A stretch of 64,000 nucleotides of DNA from Paramoeba atlantica (GCA_977017575.1 CDRNVI010000021.1:124001-188000), one strand, 5' to 3'. Shown: positions 44,208 through 55,345, numbered from the stretch's first letter. The notes: a model not told the origin generated them from the letters alone. Made by a program: numbers and translations.

Positions 44208-45940
44208 TGAAGAGCTCTTGAGTAGAATTTTAGCGGGGTCACTTCGTACGACATCAGGTTGAGTACGGACTGCAGGTTTTTCACATAACTGTGACGTGTC
44301 GAGGTGTGACGTGTCGCTGCTTTCGACAAAATTCTTCCATCCTCGTCCATAGTCGACTTCTCGAAAGCCAGGTCCCTTGCGTCCACATAGGCTGTACAGC
44401 CGTTACCACTATTCGCCCCGTCGCTGTGGTTGGGTTTCATGAATTTTGGAGGTCAGACTGTGCATAGTCGAGGTGTTTTGCCGAATCGTGTTGTTGGATG
44501 GACGAATTTGTCGCTGCACGGCACGATGCATCGTGAGTTCTTGTCTCGAAGAATGATAGGACGTGTTTAATAAAATCACCCGCCGTCGTTTCAACGGCTG
44601 GGCACAAGCAGTATTCGGGGTGGGGGCCATTTCCTAGTAAGGCCGTCTTTCGCCGCGAGCACCACGCATCGTCGTTGCCGCGGTGCTGGTCACGGTGCTG
44701 CTTGCCACCCCTCGCCCGAAACCCGATCGATTCAAGGCGGGGCAGTCGGCCCGAAAATGTCCAGTTTGCCGACAGTTATAACAGACTCGTTGACAGAATG
44801 TCCGTCCGCGCGTGCGATTTAGCTGTGTAGCACGCAAATGCTCTTCAATCATGGCTTGACCGTATTTGTCTCCCGGGTTCTCCTCCTTGTACAGCTTTTG
44901 ATGAACACGTTCAACTTCCACTCCGGCGGCGGCCCAGTAGTGGCTGCGAAGCTCTTCTACAACTATCACTGCCATGTTTAGAAAATGACCATCCCGCCAG
45001 TCCTGCCACTCACGGGCAGAATAAATTCATTCGATCAAGAGCTTGAAAAGTCGTTCGCGTTGCGGTGGGGGATTAAATCGGACTCCTAACTGGGGTGCAT
45101 CCCGCAGCTCCCTAATCAAATCTCTTGCTTTAAACTCATCGCCAGCATTCAACCAAGGTCCCCACGTAGTCGGATCGTACGGGGAGAAATTCTTTGGGTC
45201 ATCGGGAACCACAGCGCGTAGGTCCATCTCTGCCTGCTGAGCCGCGAGGGAACCGTCTTCAGTACCGTCCGGCATACAGCTATCAACCTGCACGATCTCA
45301 AGGGCAAAATATCGAATTCGCGGATGAGGAAAAGGATAGCTTTTGTTAGGTTCGTCATCCCACTTTGCAACCAACTCATCATTGTTTCGTTTTTTTGGGG
45401 AACTTAAAAGAGACTGACCCTTCGACGACCTGCTGAAAATCATCCCCCTGCTCCGCCCACACAGCCTTGATCCTAACCTTTCGCTTCGCTCGCAAAATAT
45501 CAACTATTCGAGCTTGGAACTCTCCTTTTTCGACATCAGTCATTAAACGGGTCTCGCGGTCTTCCACCTGCTCGGGATTCAGCGTTCCATCCCTGCGCTC
45601 GCGTCGTGGCCCTCGACGTCGAGATGCAGGAGGATCAGGAGCGACGGGAGGCGGACTTTCAGCTCGTGTCATCGACACCGCCCGTCGCACCGCATCAACG
45701 ATACCAGACAACTCGTAGCACTTAGCAAAACTTGAAGACTACTATCAAAATAAATAAAATATTTATTTCCATGTATCACTATAGAAACTATTCATAAATA
45801 AAACGTACAATGCCCGTCGGCCAATTTTCATCACTATAAAGCCCCTCCTAAATTTCCTTCCGTGAACTTCTACTGTATCTGTGCCCATGTTGAATAATAC
45901 GAGATAGACTTGACTTTGGAGACTAGAAGATTATTTGACT

Positions 45941-46295
45941 TCAAAGGCTTATGCCACCTAGCCATTTTTCACCCTGTATGTGGTTCCGCAATTGCGATAC
46001 GATAGTGTAAGCCGCAAACTTTTCATTTTCCAATTGAAAAGCTTCACGTATAACTTTTGGGTCAGAATCCGCTCGTTTTGCAAGGGCTTTGATCAAGACC
46101 TTGGTATCTTCATGTAACATTCCACAATCCGTTAAAGCGATGCAACGAAAATACTCTGGTTCTAATCCCTTCTCTACAACGTATTTCCGATGTTTCTTTC
46201 TACGGCACTCTCTAACAGGGCTTTGCTGGTCTGTTTTTGGTAACTGCTGCATAGTGTGTGGACAACTGTGACATCATATAGAACTCCAATATCTG
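45941..46295 (-). pseudogene. 3' end of a CRE-clade ORF (restriction-like endonuclease C-terminus)
   Basis: PDIGVLYDVTVVHTLCSSYQKQTS...RCIALTDCGMLHE...; homologous to 13361-13500 plus 6490-6573. Confidence 0.8.
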
Positions 46296-46301
46296 GATTC
46301 A

Positions 46302-46345
<44 letters not shown>

Positions 46346-46364
46346 CCTATTATTATATAATATA

Positions 46365-47704
46365 AACCCCTGGCCAAAATAAGGCACCCCCCTCTAAAAA
46401 TTCGATGCTTTGTTTGTTTGAGCTAATTTCAATGGCATTTTGCAGATCTCAGTTCGGGATTTATGTCATCCCACACTTGGTCACTAGTCCTATAGCTATT
46501 TATAAAGTGGAAACTATTTACCACTTTTTTACCTTTTCGCCACCTAGTTCGACGCAGGCGTTCAGTCTACGATCGAAGCTTAAGATGGTATCATTTATCA
46601 TCTCAGTAGGTAAAGAACTCCATGTGTTTAGAATACACCTTTGCAGTTCGGAAACTGTAGATGGTAGCTTTTCATTTACGTCTTGTTGTACCATTGACCA
46701 TATGTTTTCAATGGGAGAAAGATCGGGAGAATTTGGGGGCCAATTTTTTAGTAGATTAATTTTTCGTTTGTTCAGGTAATTTATGGTGGCCTTGGCCGTA
46801 TGAGCGGTGGCACCATCTTGTTGAAATATTCTTTTGCGGGGGAAATAAACATGTTTTAGTGTGTCTATGTATGTTTCGTGGGTAATAGAGGTCCTGCTGG
46901 ATAAAATTTTTAAGCATCTCCAGTTAATTCCTATAGCACCCCACACCTGACACTTAGGCGCCCAGCGCACCTTTAGTCTCTTTGCAGGGGTCTCTCCTTT
47001 TTTTACCCACATTTTCATTCGATTATCGTTTGTATCAAACACCTTCTCATCTGAGAATATCAATTTCGATGTGTCCTCTTTGTAATTTAAAGAAAACTGT
47101 ACGCGTTTTTCTTTTTGTACAGCGGTGAGCCCTTGTGAAATTGGGCGTGGCCTATATTGATGCCCTGCTTGCCTCAAATCTCGACGAACAGTTCGAGGGC
47201 TTGCAGTAACACCCTTTCTGCACAAAACAACAGAAATACGCTTTGAACTGTTGTACTTTGGCACCCCTGCCGCATCTTTCTTAGAAAGAATGGTTTCAAT
47301 CCTTTTTTTACGAGACTTTATTTTTTTTTTCTGTGGGGATTTCTTTAGGCTTTTTTTCGTCTCAATTTTGGGGTGATCACGGAGGTATTTTCGAATGTAT
47401 TTCACGCTTACATTCAATTCACGTGCTATTCGTTTCTTTGGGATGCCATCTTGAAACCTTAAAAGCATGAGTTCCTTCCCCAGGGGGCTGAGGCCACCTT
47501 TCGGAGGCCTGCGGAATGATTTTTTCATAAATCGACCCTAATGTTAAAGTGGTAAAATATTTTTTTATTTTTTTATTTTTCATGAGCTAAAAACAGCGGG
47601 AACGTACAGATCTCAAAATTTTGAACGAAAACATGGTATGATAACCCTGCCATACCCCCTCATGCAAAAAATAAGAGGGGGTGCCTTATTGGTGGCCAGG
47701 GGTT
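46365..47704 (-). mobile_element. Tc1/IS630-family transposon (DD35E), apparently intact
   Basis: TA-AACCCCTGGCCA..AATAAGGCACCCCC / GGGGGTGCCTTATT..TGGCCAGGGGTT-TA flank an uninterrupted transposase ORF. Confidence 0.92.
46518..47528 (-). CDS. Tc1-like DDE transposase, 336 aa
   Basis: HTH N-terminus, FSDEK, FQQDGATAH and WPPNSPDLSPIENIW; 35 residues between D2 and E. Confidence 0.92.
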   Translation of the reverse strand: MKKSFRRPPKGGLSPLGKELMLLRFQDGIPKKRIARELNVSVKYIRKYLRDHPKIETKKSLKKSPQKKKIKSRKKRIETILSKKDAAGVPKYNSSKRISVVLCRKGVTASPRTVRRDLRQAGHQYRPRPISQGLTAVQKEKRVQFSLNYKEDTSKLIFSDEKVFDTNDNRMKMWVKKGETPAKRLKVRWAPKCQVWGAIGINWRCLKILSSRTSITHETYIDTLKHVYFPRKRIFQQDGATAHTAKATINYLNKRKINLLKNWPPNSPDLSPIENIWSMVQQDVNEKLPSTVSELQRCILNTWSSLPTEMINDTILSFDRRLNACVELGGEKVKKW

Positions 47705-48021
47705 TATAATATATATATATGAGGGGCTGCGGATCGCGGGTTCGGTGCGGGTTCGGCGCGGGTTCGGTGCGGGTTCGGCCTCTATCCTGATGGATAGAGG
47801 AGGAGTTTCGGGAGCAATCCACATGGGCTGTAAATCTTACAGTTGCTCCCATGTGCAGTTCAAAGCGCACATAGCTAAGGAAGAGCTAAGGCGTCTGAGA
47901 TCAGTGTCCGTGGCGACAAGAGGACTTGCTCTCTGTAGCTCAAGAAAAAAATCTGTGAGTTGCTCTCTGGTAATGCCGTACATGATAGAATTGCAGGACG
48001 CCTAGAGAGAAAACAAAAAGT

Positions 48022-49140
48022 AAGATGACATTCATGGGTAAGATACCTAACTTATTCATGATACATAAACCCCTCCGCATCAAAAAGGCACCCACCCTTA
48101 TTTTTTGCGCGAGGGGGGCTAGGGGGGTTATCGCACCACTTTATCGTGCAAAATTTTGAGACCTGTTCGTTCCCGTTGTCTTTAGGTCATTTCGAAAACT
48201 AAAAAAGAGTTGGATGTTTTTTTTTAAAAAAATCACTTTTCATGTCAAGAAATACGTATCGACTTCCCAGGGGTGGTCTTACAGAAAGTGGAAAAGTGTT
48301 ATTGCGCATGAGGCTTGGCCAAGGGGTTGCGATAAGGCAAGTAGCCCGCGAGTTTAATGTCAATGTGAAACATATTCGAAAATATTTGAAAAACAATTCG
48401 CCTGAAAATTTACACTCTGAGCCCTGAAGTAAAAAAAAGGAATCCAAGGACACCTTGTTATTCTCCCATCCATCTCAATTACATGTGTTTCGTACATTAA
48501 AACATTAAAAAAAGTACCATTCACCCCAAACTGTATTTTTCAGCAAGATGGGGCAACACCTTAGACTGCCAAGGAAACAAAAGCGTACCTTGAGGACGGC
48601 AACATGAAATTATTGAAAAATTGTCCGCTCAACTCCCCCGATCTCTCACCAATAGAAAACGTGTGGAGCATGGTACAAAATTTTGTAGATGAATACAATC
48701 CTGCAACTAAAGAAGATCTCATAAAAAGCGTACGTAAAGCTTGGCGTAAATTGCCTCAAGAATATATTGATGATTCGGTTTTGAGCTTCGATGCTCGCCT
48801 CAAAGCTTGTGTGGCGAGTAACGGAGAAAAAGTGAGAAAATCGTAATCTCTACCTAAAATATAGGTATTCGTTTCTTTTTGTCTCATTTCTTCACGCGCA
48901 AAGTCTTTGTGTTGAGATCTGCAAAATGCAACAAAAATCACCCCAAACGGACAATTGGCTGAAAAGTTAAGGGCGGGTGCCTTATTGGTGCGGAGGGGTT
49001 TAGATGACATTCATGGGTAGGATACCTAACTTATTCATGATACATATAAGATGACATTCATGGGTAAGATACCTAACTTATTCATGATACATATAAGATG
49101 ACATTCATGGGTAAGATACCTAACTTATACATGATACAAG
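48022..49140. repeat. 47-bp minisatellite (4 copies) split by the Tc1 insertion at a TA
   Basis: gatgacattcatgggtaagatacctaacttattcatgatacatataa occurs once before 48068 and at 49003, 49050 and 49097. Confidence 0.9.
48068..49000 (+). mobile_element. Internally deleted DD35E Tc1-like element
   Basis: TA-AACCCCTCCGCA.../...TGCGGAGGGGTT-TA; transposase remnants at 48242-48427 and 48540-48846. Confidence 0.85.
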
Positions 49141-49283
49141 ATGCATGATATCTAAAAAATGAATGATATAAAGGTTAGCACTTCAAACTTCAAAAAAAAC
49201 GTGCTTATCACTTCTCTTGAATTAGAACTCTTTTTCTCTTACGTACACTTTGTGCGGGAAACGTTCGCTTCTGCGAGGGAAAA

Positions 49284-49886
49284 CTAAAGGGAAGGAAAGC
49301 GCATCACGCGAGAGGAACGTGGCTTCAAAGGGGCTTCCCCAAGCGAAGGTTGAGGGAGCGAGGAAGGTTGAGTGCGCAAGTTGGGTGAAGAGATCACCGT
49401 AGAAGAAAGGGATTCCTCTGCTACATTTTCTTTACCCTGGCCACTCTTCCGTTTGCGCCACAGAGTGCATGATCTGGAACGCTTTCCTGAAACAGAACGC
49501 CACACGTTCTCCACGAACTCCCCCACAGCTCCTTCATGAGGAGGGGCGTAGAGAGGGTTCTGTTCCAAGAAAGCTTCCAGATCACGCGTCGCCTCTGCAA
49601 GGAAGTAGACCCCTCGTGGCAGACAATACAAGAGAAGGTGTCCTCGGCGCTCCACAAGGTGGAAGATGACACGCTGCAGCACTTGGGAGCTAACCTCCAC
49701 GCCACACACAGAGCGTGTGGCATGTAAGTAGCTGTCCATCGTGCGCGATCCGCGCCTCACGCATTCTTCCACCTTGGCCCCCAACTCCTCCTCAGTGACA
49801 ACGAGCGCTGGGGGGGGCGAAAGGAGTTTTGCGCTTCGTGAAGGTGCGCATAAGCGATGCGACAATGACGTCGTATACGTCATCAT
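49284..49886 (-). CDS. Hypothetical protein, 200 aa
   Basis: GC-rich open frame with a protein-like N-terminal two thirds; no motif recognised. Confidence 0.3.
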   Translation of the reverse strand: MMTYTTSLSHRLCAPSRSAKLLSPPPALVVTEEELGAKVEECVRRGSRTMDSYLHATRSVCGVEVSSQVLQRVIFHLVERRGHLLLYCLPRGVYFLAEATRDLEAFLEQNPLYAPPHEGAVGEFVENVWRSVSGKRSRSCTLWRKRKSGQGKENVAEESLSSTVISSPNLRTQPSSLPQPSLGEAPLKPRSSRVMRFPSL

Positions 49887-50292
49887 CCCTCGCAGATGTT
49901 ACTTTCATACGTGAAGTGAAATCTTCGTTGCTCTCAACAGGGCTCATCATATAAAAAGGAGGATAATGTAAAAGAATTATGCATGTATTGTGGAGGGTAT
50001 ATTAATTGTACATTTGATTTGTGTAATGCATACACCGTTCGTATACAGCACCGCATACAGCGTACACCGTATTTTCACAGTAAGGCGGCTATGTACGGTA
50101 ACAAACTAAAAAAACTACACTTTAAGCTACTTTGTACGTGTACAACCCATTTTTTGGGTCTAAAATAGACCTCGTTCGACCTCAAATGCAAAGCGCGGGT
50201 TCGGTGCGGGTTCGGTGATGCACACCCGCAGCCCCTCATATATATATTATTATATATTCTTATAAATATATATATATATTTTATAATATATA

Positions 50293-51617
50293 AACCCCTC
50301 GACACGAATAAAGCACCCCCCTTTATTTTTTGCGTGCGGGGACCCATGGGGGTTGCAGCACCACTTTATCGTCCAGAATTTTGAGATTTGCACGTTCCCG
50401 GGGTTTTTAGCTTCATTTAAAACTTTTAAAAAAATCAGTTTCAGAAATATTTTTTTCTAAAATTTCATGGTAAAATCCAAGTACCGTCCCCCAAAGGGGG
50501 GGATGACCCCTATAGGTAAGACATTATTGCGCCTGAGGTTCGAGGACGGTGTCCCAAAGAAGCAACTTGCACGAGAATTTAATATTTCTGTAAAATATGT
50601 GAGGCAATATTTGAAAGCAAAAGAAACCAATAAAACCAAAATATTTACACCGAAAAAAAATATCTTACGTCGCAGAAAAAAAATAGTAACCATTATTTCA
50701 CCAAAAGACCTTGCTGGAGTGCCGAAACACAGCAGCGCTAGATGCATTGCTGGGAGATTGAGTAAAAAGGGGGTACATGTCACAAAACGCACTGTTCAAC
50801 GTGACTTAAAAGCAATGAAATATACTTATTCCCCACGCCCGGTTACTATGGCGTTGACCGAACGTCAGAAGGCTAAAAGGGTTGAGTTTGCCTTAGCATG
50901 GAATGGGGATTCACGCATAATTGTATTTTCTGATGAAAAAATCATTGATACTAATGATATGCCTAAAAAAATTTGGGTTGCCCCGGGCGAAAAGGCTGCT
51001 CCAAGGCAGAAAATGCGTTGAGCCCCAAAATGCCATGTGTGGGGTGCCATTGGAGTTGGGTGGCGTTATCTAGCTATTCTTCCCAATGACAGCTCAATTA
51101 CGAGCGAAACGTATATTAAAACCCTGCGTAAAACTCCTTTCCCCCGTAATTTTATTTTTCAACAAGATGGAGCAGGCGCACACACTGCAAAAATGACAAA
51201 GTCTTATCTTTTTGAATTAGAAATTCAGTATATCAAAAATTGGCCTGCCAACTCACCTGACCTCAATCCTATAGAAAATGTATGGGAAATGATACAGCAG
51301 CGAGTATGTGGAATGAACCCCTCCAGTACTACTTCGCTTATTAGGTGTGTAAAAAAAGCATTTAAAGAAATCCCCCGAAGGAAATAAATAAAACTGTTTT
51401 AAGCTTCGATCGTCGACTAGAAGCCTACGTAAAGTGCAAGGGAGAAAAAGTGAAAAAGTGGTAATCGTCTACTTATATTTTACCTTAGTCACCCCAGGAC
51501 AATTTTACAAGGTGCGCAAAGTCTATTCACTGAGATCTGCAAAATGCCGCAAGAATTAGCTCAAACGGACTTACCATACAAATTTTAGAGGGGGGTGCTT
51601 TATTGTGTCGAGGGGTT
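50293..51617 (+). mobile_element. Full-length DD35E Tc1-like element with a dead transposase (TGA at a Trp position, late frameshift)
   Basis: TA-AACCCCTCGACAC.AATAAAGCACCCCC TIRs; ORFs 50467-51021 and 51037-51387. Confidence 0.9.
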
Positions 51618-51949
51618 TATATATATATACAGTCAGCAATGTATATACAGTCAGCAAAAAAACCGTTCGAATGTTTCGGTTTTTTCTTCTTTTGTATAGA
51701 GCTATTGATTAAATATCACCGTTGCGCTGGTAATGTGTGCTAGTAGTGTAGGCATGAGTGTCACCTAATAGTACCCGTAGATAGTTCACCTCAGTTCGTT
51801 CTACCAAAGAAATAAGAATAAATATAAAAACGTTTAGCATTCGAAAGGTTTTTTTGCTACCTATTATAGAGAAAATCTTGTCCCAAAAAATAGATGAAAC
51901 GTAATCGCCCAAGAGAGATTATGCCCGTAAAATTAGTATTTAGTATTCC

Positions 51950-52971
51950 CCCCACGAGCCTTCAGCACTGCCTTCATACGGGCAGGCATACTGTCCACCT
52001 GGGCACGACATACTGAGGGTGGTATGTTCGCCCATTCCATTTTTACCCTCTCCCACAACTCTCGGACCCCGCTTGGTGGATCATCGTGCGCTGCAAGGCG
52101 CCGCTTGAGTTCCCCCCAAAACGTTTTCGATTGGATTTAAGTCAGGGGACTGCGGGGGCCACCGCATGACTTCAAACCCGGTACCCCGGAGGTGCCGTTG
52201 CGCACAATGGCTTGTGTGCTTGGGGTCATTATCTTGTTGGAAGATGACCATTGGGGGGTCTAGACCCATAGTTTCGATGGAGGGGGCAAGATTCTCTTCA
52301 AGAATCTCGACGTACTGTGTGGCGTTCAGGTTCCCTGAACTAGACGCACATGTTCAGGTTCCCTGAACTAGACGCACATGCCCCACACCGCTTCGGGACA
52401 TGCACGCCCAAATCATGATGTGCCCCCCTCCGTACTTTACCGTGGGAATTACCCCTTTTTCACCCAGTTCCTCCCCCGGGGTCCCCCATGTCCAAAGACT
52501 TCCCCCCGTTTCAAAGCGCGAGATCTTCGTCTCGTCCGACCATACAACTGGAGCCCAGTCGTGCACTGTCCAGTGCTCATGTGCCGTGGCAAAGTCCATC
52601 CGAAGCTTGCGATGGCGCTTGGACAGGTAGGGCTTGCGGACACGCTTTCTACCTTTGTGTCCGAAGCGGTGCATCGAAACTCGGATAGACTGAGGAACAA
52701 CATCAGCAACGCCCTCGCGGCGCAGCTGAGATGATACCTCTCGCGCAGAATTTCCGGAGAACACAAGTCGTCGCACACGGCGTGTGCACGGCTCGGAAAG
52801 CTTTCGAGGGCGTCCACCCTGCATCCTGAGAGTATCAGGCCTTTCTTTTTTTAATATCATAGAAATTGTTGAGATACTTAAATTTACTGTATCAGAGATG
52901 GACCTCATAGACACACCGCTGTCGTAGAGCTCTGCAATTTGTTTCTTTACGTAACGTGGTGTGGGCCTCAT
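51950..52971 (-). pseudogene. Classical DD34E Tc1 transposase, broken by a 27-bp duplication near 52320-52380
   Basis: GGRPRKLS, VWSDETK, VKYGGGHIMIW, FQQDNDPKH and WPPQSPDLNPIEN. Confidence 0.9.
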
Positions 52972-53349
52972 AGAAAATAAGAATTTTAGGTAAGAAGAAT
53001 TTTAGGTTATAGAGTTTATCTTACACTATTACATTGTTTATCTTACACAGTTACATTTTGCACTCTATATGAGGCCCACACCACGTTACGTAAAGAAACA
53101 AATTGCAGAGCTCTACGACAGCGGTGTGTCTATGAGGTCCATCTCTGATACAGTAAATTTAAGTATCTCAACAATTTCTATGATATTAAAAAAGAAAGGC
53201 CTGATACTCTCAGGATGCAGGGTGGACGCCCTCGAAAGCTTTCCGAGCCGTGCACACGCCGTGTGCGACGACTTGTGTTCTCCGGAAATTCTGCGCGAGA
53301 GGTATCATCTCAGCTGCGCCGCGAGGGCGTTGCTGATGTTGTTCCTCAG
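52690..53349. repeat. Inverted duplication (283-bp arms, 95-bp spacer) of the Tc1 transposase 5' region
   Basis: 52690-52972 is the reverse complement of 53068-53349 apart from a 1-bp indel. Confidence 0.92.
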
Positions 53350-53642
53350 AATCCCCGGGGGTTCATGTGATCTATCAGATAAGCTTTTACTGTTTTGCTT
53401 AGAGCGGGATCGCTTTTGCGGCATAATAGTTAATAGCTGAAAAACAAAAAAATACGGAAAAAACTGCAAAAATTGAAAAAGCTGCAACTTTTAGGGGGTA
53501 AAAAACCTTTAAAAAATATCTTTTTCAAATTTGTTTTCTTTTAACTTGATAATAGCGCCAAAACATATCGAGTGCGCTATTATTTTCCAAATTGCGCAAA
53601 AAATGCCAATTTTAGACCCCCCAGCATCTTTTCGCACCCCTG
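53350..53642 (-). mobile_element. 5' end (TIR + MPQKR start) of another DD32E-type element
   Basis: MPQKRSRSKQNSKSLSDRS resembles MPQKRIRSRTSRGVLSDRS at 16507; ends ...CACCCCTG-TA. Confidence 0.7.
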
Positions 53643-54119
53643 TACGATGCGTCAACGGACTGATTCAGAGTGTTGTGTGTTCTGCCACATACAGACATTA
53701 TATTACACATCCAGACTTCTTCTTTTGCGCATTATTGTATTATGCCCCCCTGAACATCCCATCACGCGATTACCCATGCGCAGCACTGGAACATAAACGC
53801 CATTTACAGCGCTTAGGCGCTCAAAACCACATAATAGAAAGAAGAGCGCCGCGAAGCGGCGCGTTTTTTTTTTTTTGAGTGGAAAATTTTCACCTCAACC
53901 TGAAACATACCAGGGTTCGCGGAAACTTTAAAACTTTAAATAAAGTACTTTATAGTAACTTTATTTTTTAAAAAAAACTTTAGTTTACTTTATTTTTCCC
54001 TTTCACTTTTTAAGGAGGCTGACGGCTCTTTAGCACATTTACTTTTGAACGTACACATCCAATGTACATAATCTTGTATTTATTGTCTCCTTCATCTTTC
54101 CTTTCCCTTTCCTATGGAT

Positions 54120-54300
54120 AACTCATCCGAGGAAAGTTCTGCAAGGAATTTTTCATTGAAATGAAGAGCGCTGAAGCCGACAAGCAAGTAGCAGAGTGTA
54201 AGTTGTGTCTTGAAGGTGGACGTAAACGCTTTTTGATCGCCAGAGGTCTGTGAGACCGACTACATGGCTCCAGAAAAACACCTGCTCATCTAATAGCTTG
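54120..54300 (+). pseudogene. Possible BED zinc-finger remnant (hAT-like)
   Basis: Manual translation KEFFIEMKS...VAECKLC... followed by a frameshifted TTWLQK/HL; a CAGGGTTCG end with AT-rich subterminal repeats at 53911. Confidence 0.35.
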
Positions 54301-54686
54301 GTAAGCGCTTTTAGAGTGCTTGGACAAGTCTTCTCCTAGGATTTCGCACTCTTCTTCTACACATTGAGTAATTTTATCTTCGTGTGTTCTTGCAAAAATG
54401 GTCAAATGCCTTACGATTTCTGGCTATATTAACGATGGATTTCATGTCAAACATATCTGTATCTGAATCTTCTCCTTGATTTCTCTTTGTGTTAGAAATG
54501 CGCTTTGGTAGCTGTTCTGACGCTCTTTTTATCGCACTCGAGAGTCTATCCCACATTACATGAACCATTACACTGTCTCTCTGTCTTTTGCTGCTCCCTT
54601 GCATTGAGCTCGCAATGTTGTTAATAAACGTGTCCCTTATATTTTCATTGCGAAGAGATCCCCAGAAAGGTTTATTCGAATTAGAT

Positions 54687-55345
54687 TCACAAGAGCAATT
54701 TCAATGCTTCCTGGATGAGTGTATTTTTACGGCCTGGCACGCATTTCGACGATGACCCGCGACATGTCTCCGCATTTCTGACGAAAACGAAGCACGCAGC
54801 ACGAGCAGAAAAAGAGTTTAATAGCTCAAACGCTGCGGTCTCTCTCTCGTCGGAAATCAAGCATCGATGCGCTGAGAATTTATACTTCTGAGACCTGATC
54901 AGAAAGGGGATTTCGGCGATCAAAGGACACAAATATGAAATTTCACGATGCTTCAACACTAGTGCGAAACTTGCCCGAGACGCTGAACCATACATCGCAT
55001 TTGACTGTCTGTCACATTCGCGTCCTCCATTGAGGCTTCCCCCCAACTTCCCCACTCTTCTGGCCAGCTTCTTCGACGGGACGAGCCGCGCGATCGCGCC
55101 AGGGGGCATGAAATATGTCAGAATAACAAAAGGTTGACGAGGGCTTTCTCCCCGACCCCTTTTAGATAACAAGATAGATAGATTTTTCCAGCAAGGTAAA
55201 GCCGACGATGAAGAATCGGATCCCCACTTTTTAACAACAAACGCGTCTCCTGTAGAGCCATTACTGATACACCGTAACTCCTCATGGAGTTTTGTAGACT
55301 CCTACAGTCCAGAGTGTTGCCCCGACAGATTTTTGGACACGCCAC
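54687..55345 (-). pseudogene. APE endonuclease remnant of a LINE
   Basis: VSVMALQETR motif; degenerate and frameshifted. Confidence 0.5.

Larger units (their letters stand above)
42227..45835 (-). mobile_element. Second TATE/VIPER-like subfamily, degenerate (gag, YR, RT fragments) with three small insertions
   Basis: gag 44634-45711 (CYNCRQTGHFRADC). YR pieces 44219-44440, 43499-43735 and 42785-42970 (RPYLYAIITGEG...GYGTLSIKRGAVT). RT 42227-42530 (VYVDGIRF). Confidence 0.85.
47720..50238. mobile_element. 2.5-kb non-autonomous TIR element (TGAGGGGCTGCGG) with GCGGGTTCGG subterminal repeats, carrying a minisatellite, a nested Tc1 and an orphan ORF
   Basis: TA-TGAGGGGCTGCGG at 47720 and CCGCAGCCCCTCA-TA at 50238; 11-bp repeats at both ends. 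Confidence 0.65.

Noticed and set aside
12371-51021. Stop-codon reassignment (TGA at a Trp position near 51019, TAA in gag at 12371, TAG near 48563)
   Set aside because: The stops fall at different residue types (W, H, Y) in copies that also have frameshifts, and intact ORFs end normally. Ordinary decay explains them.
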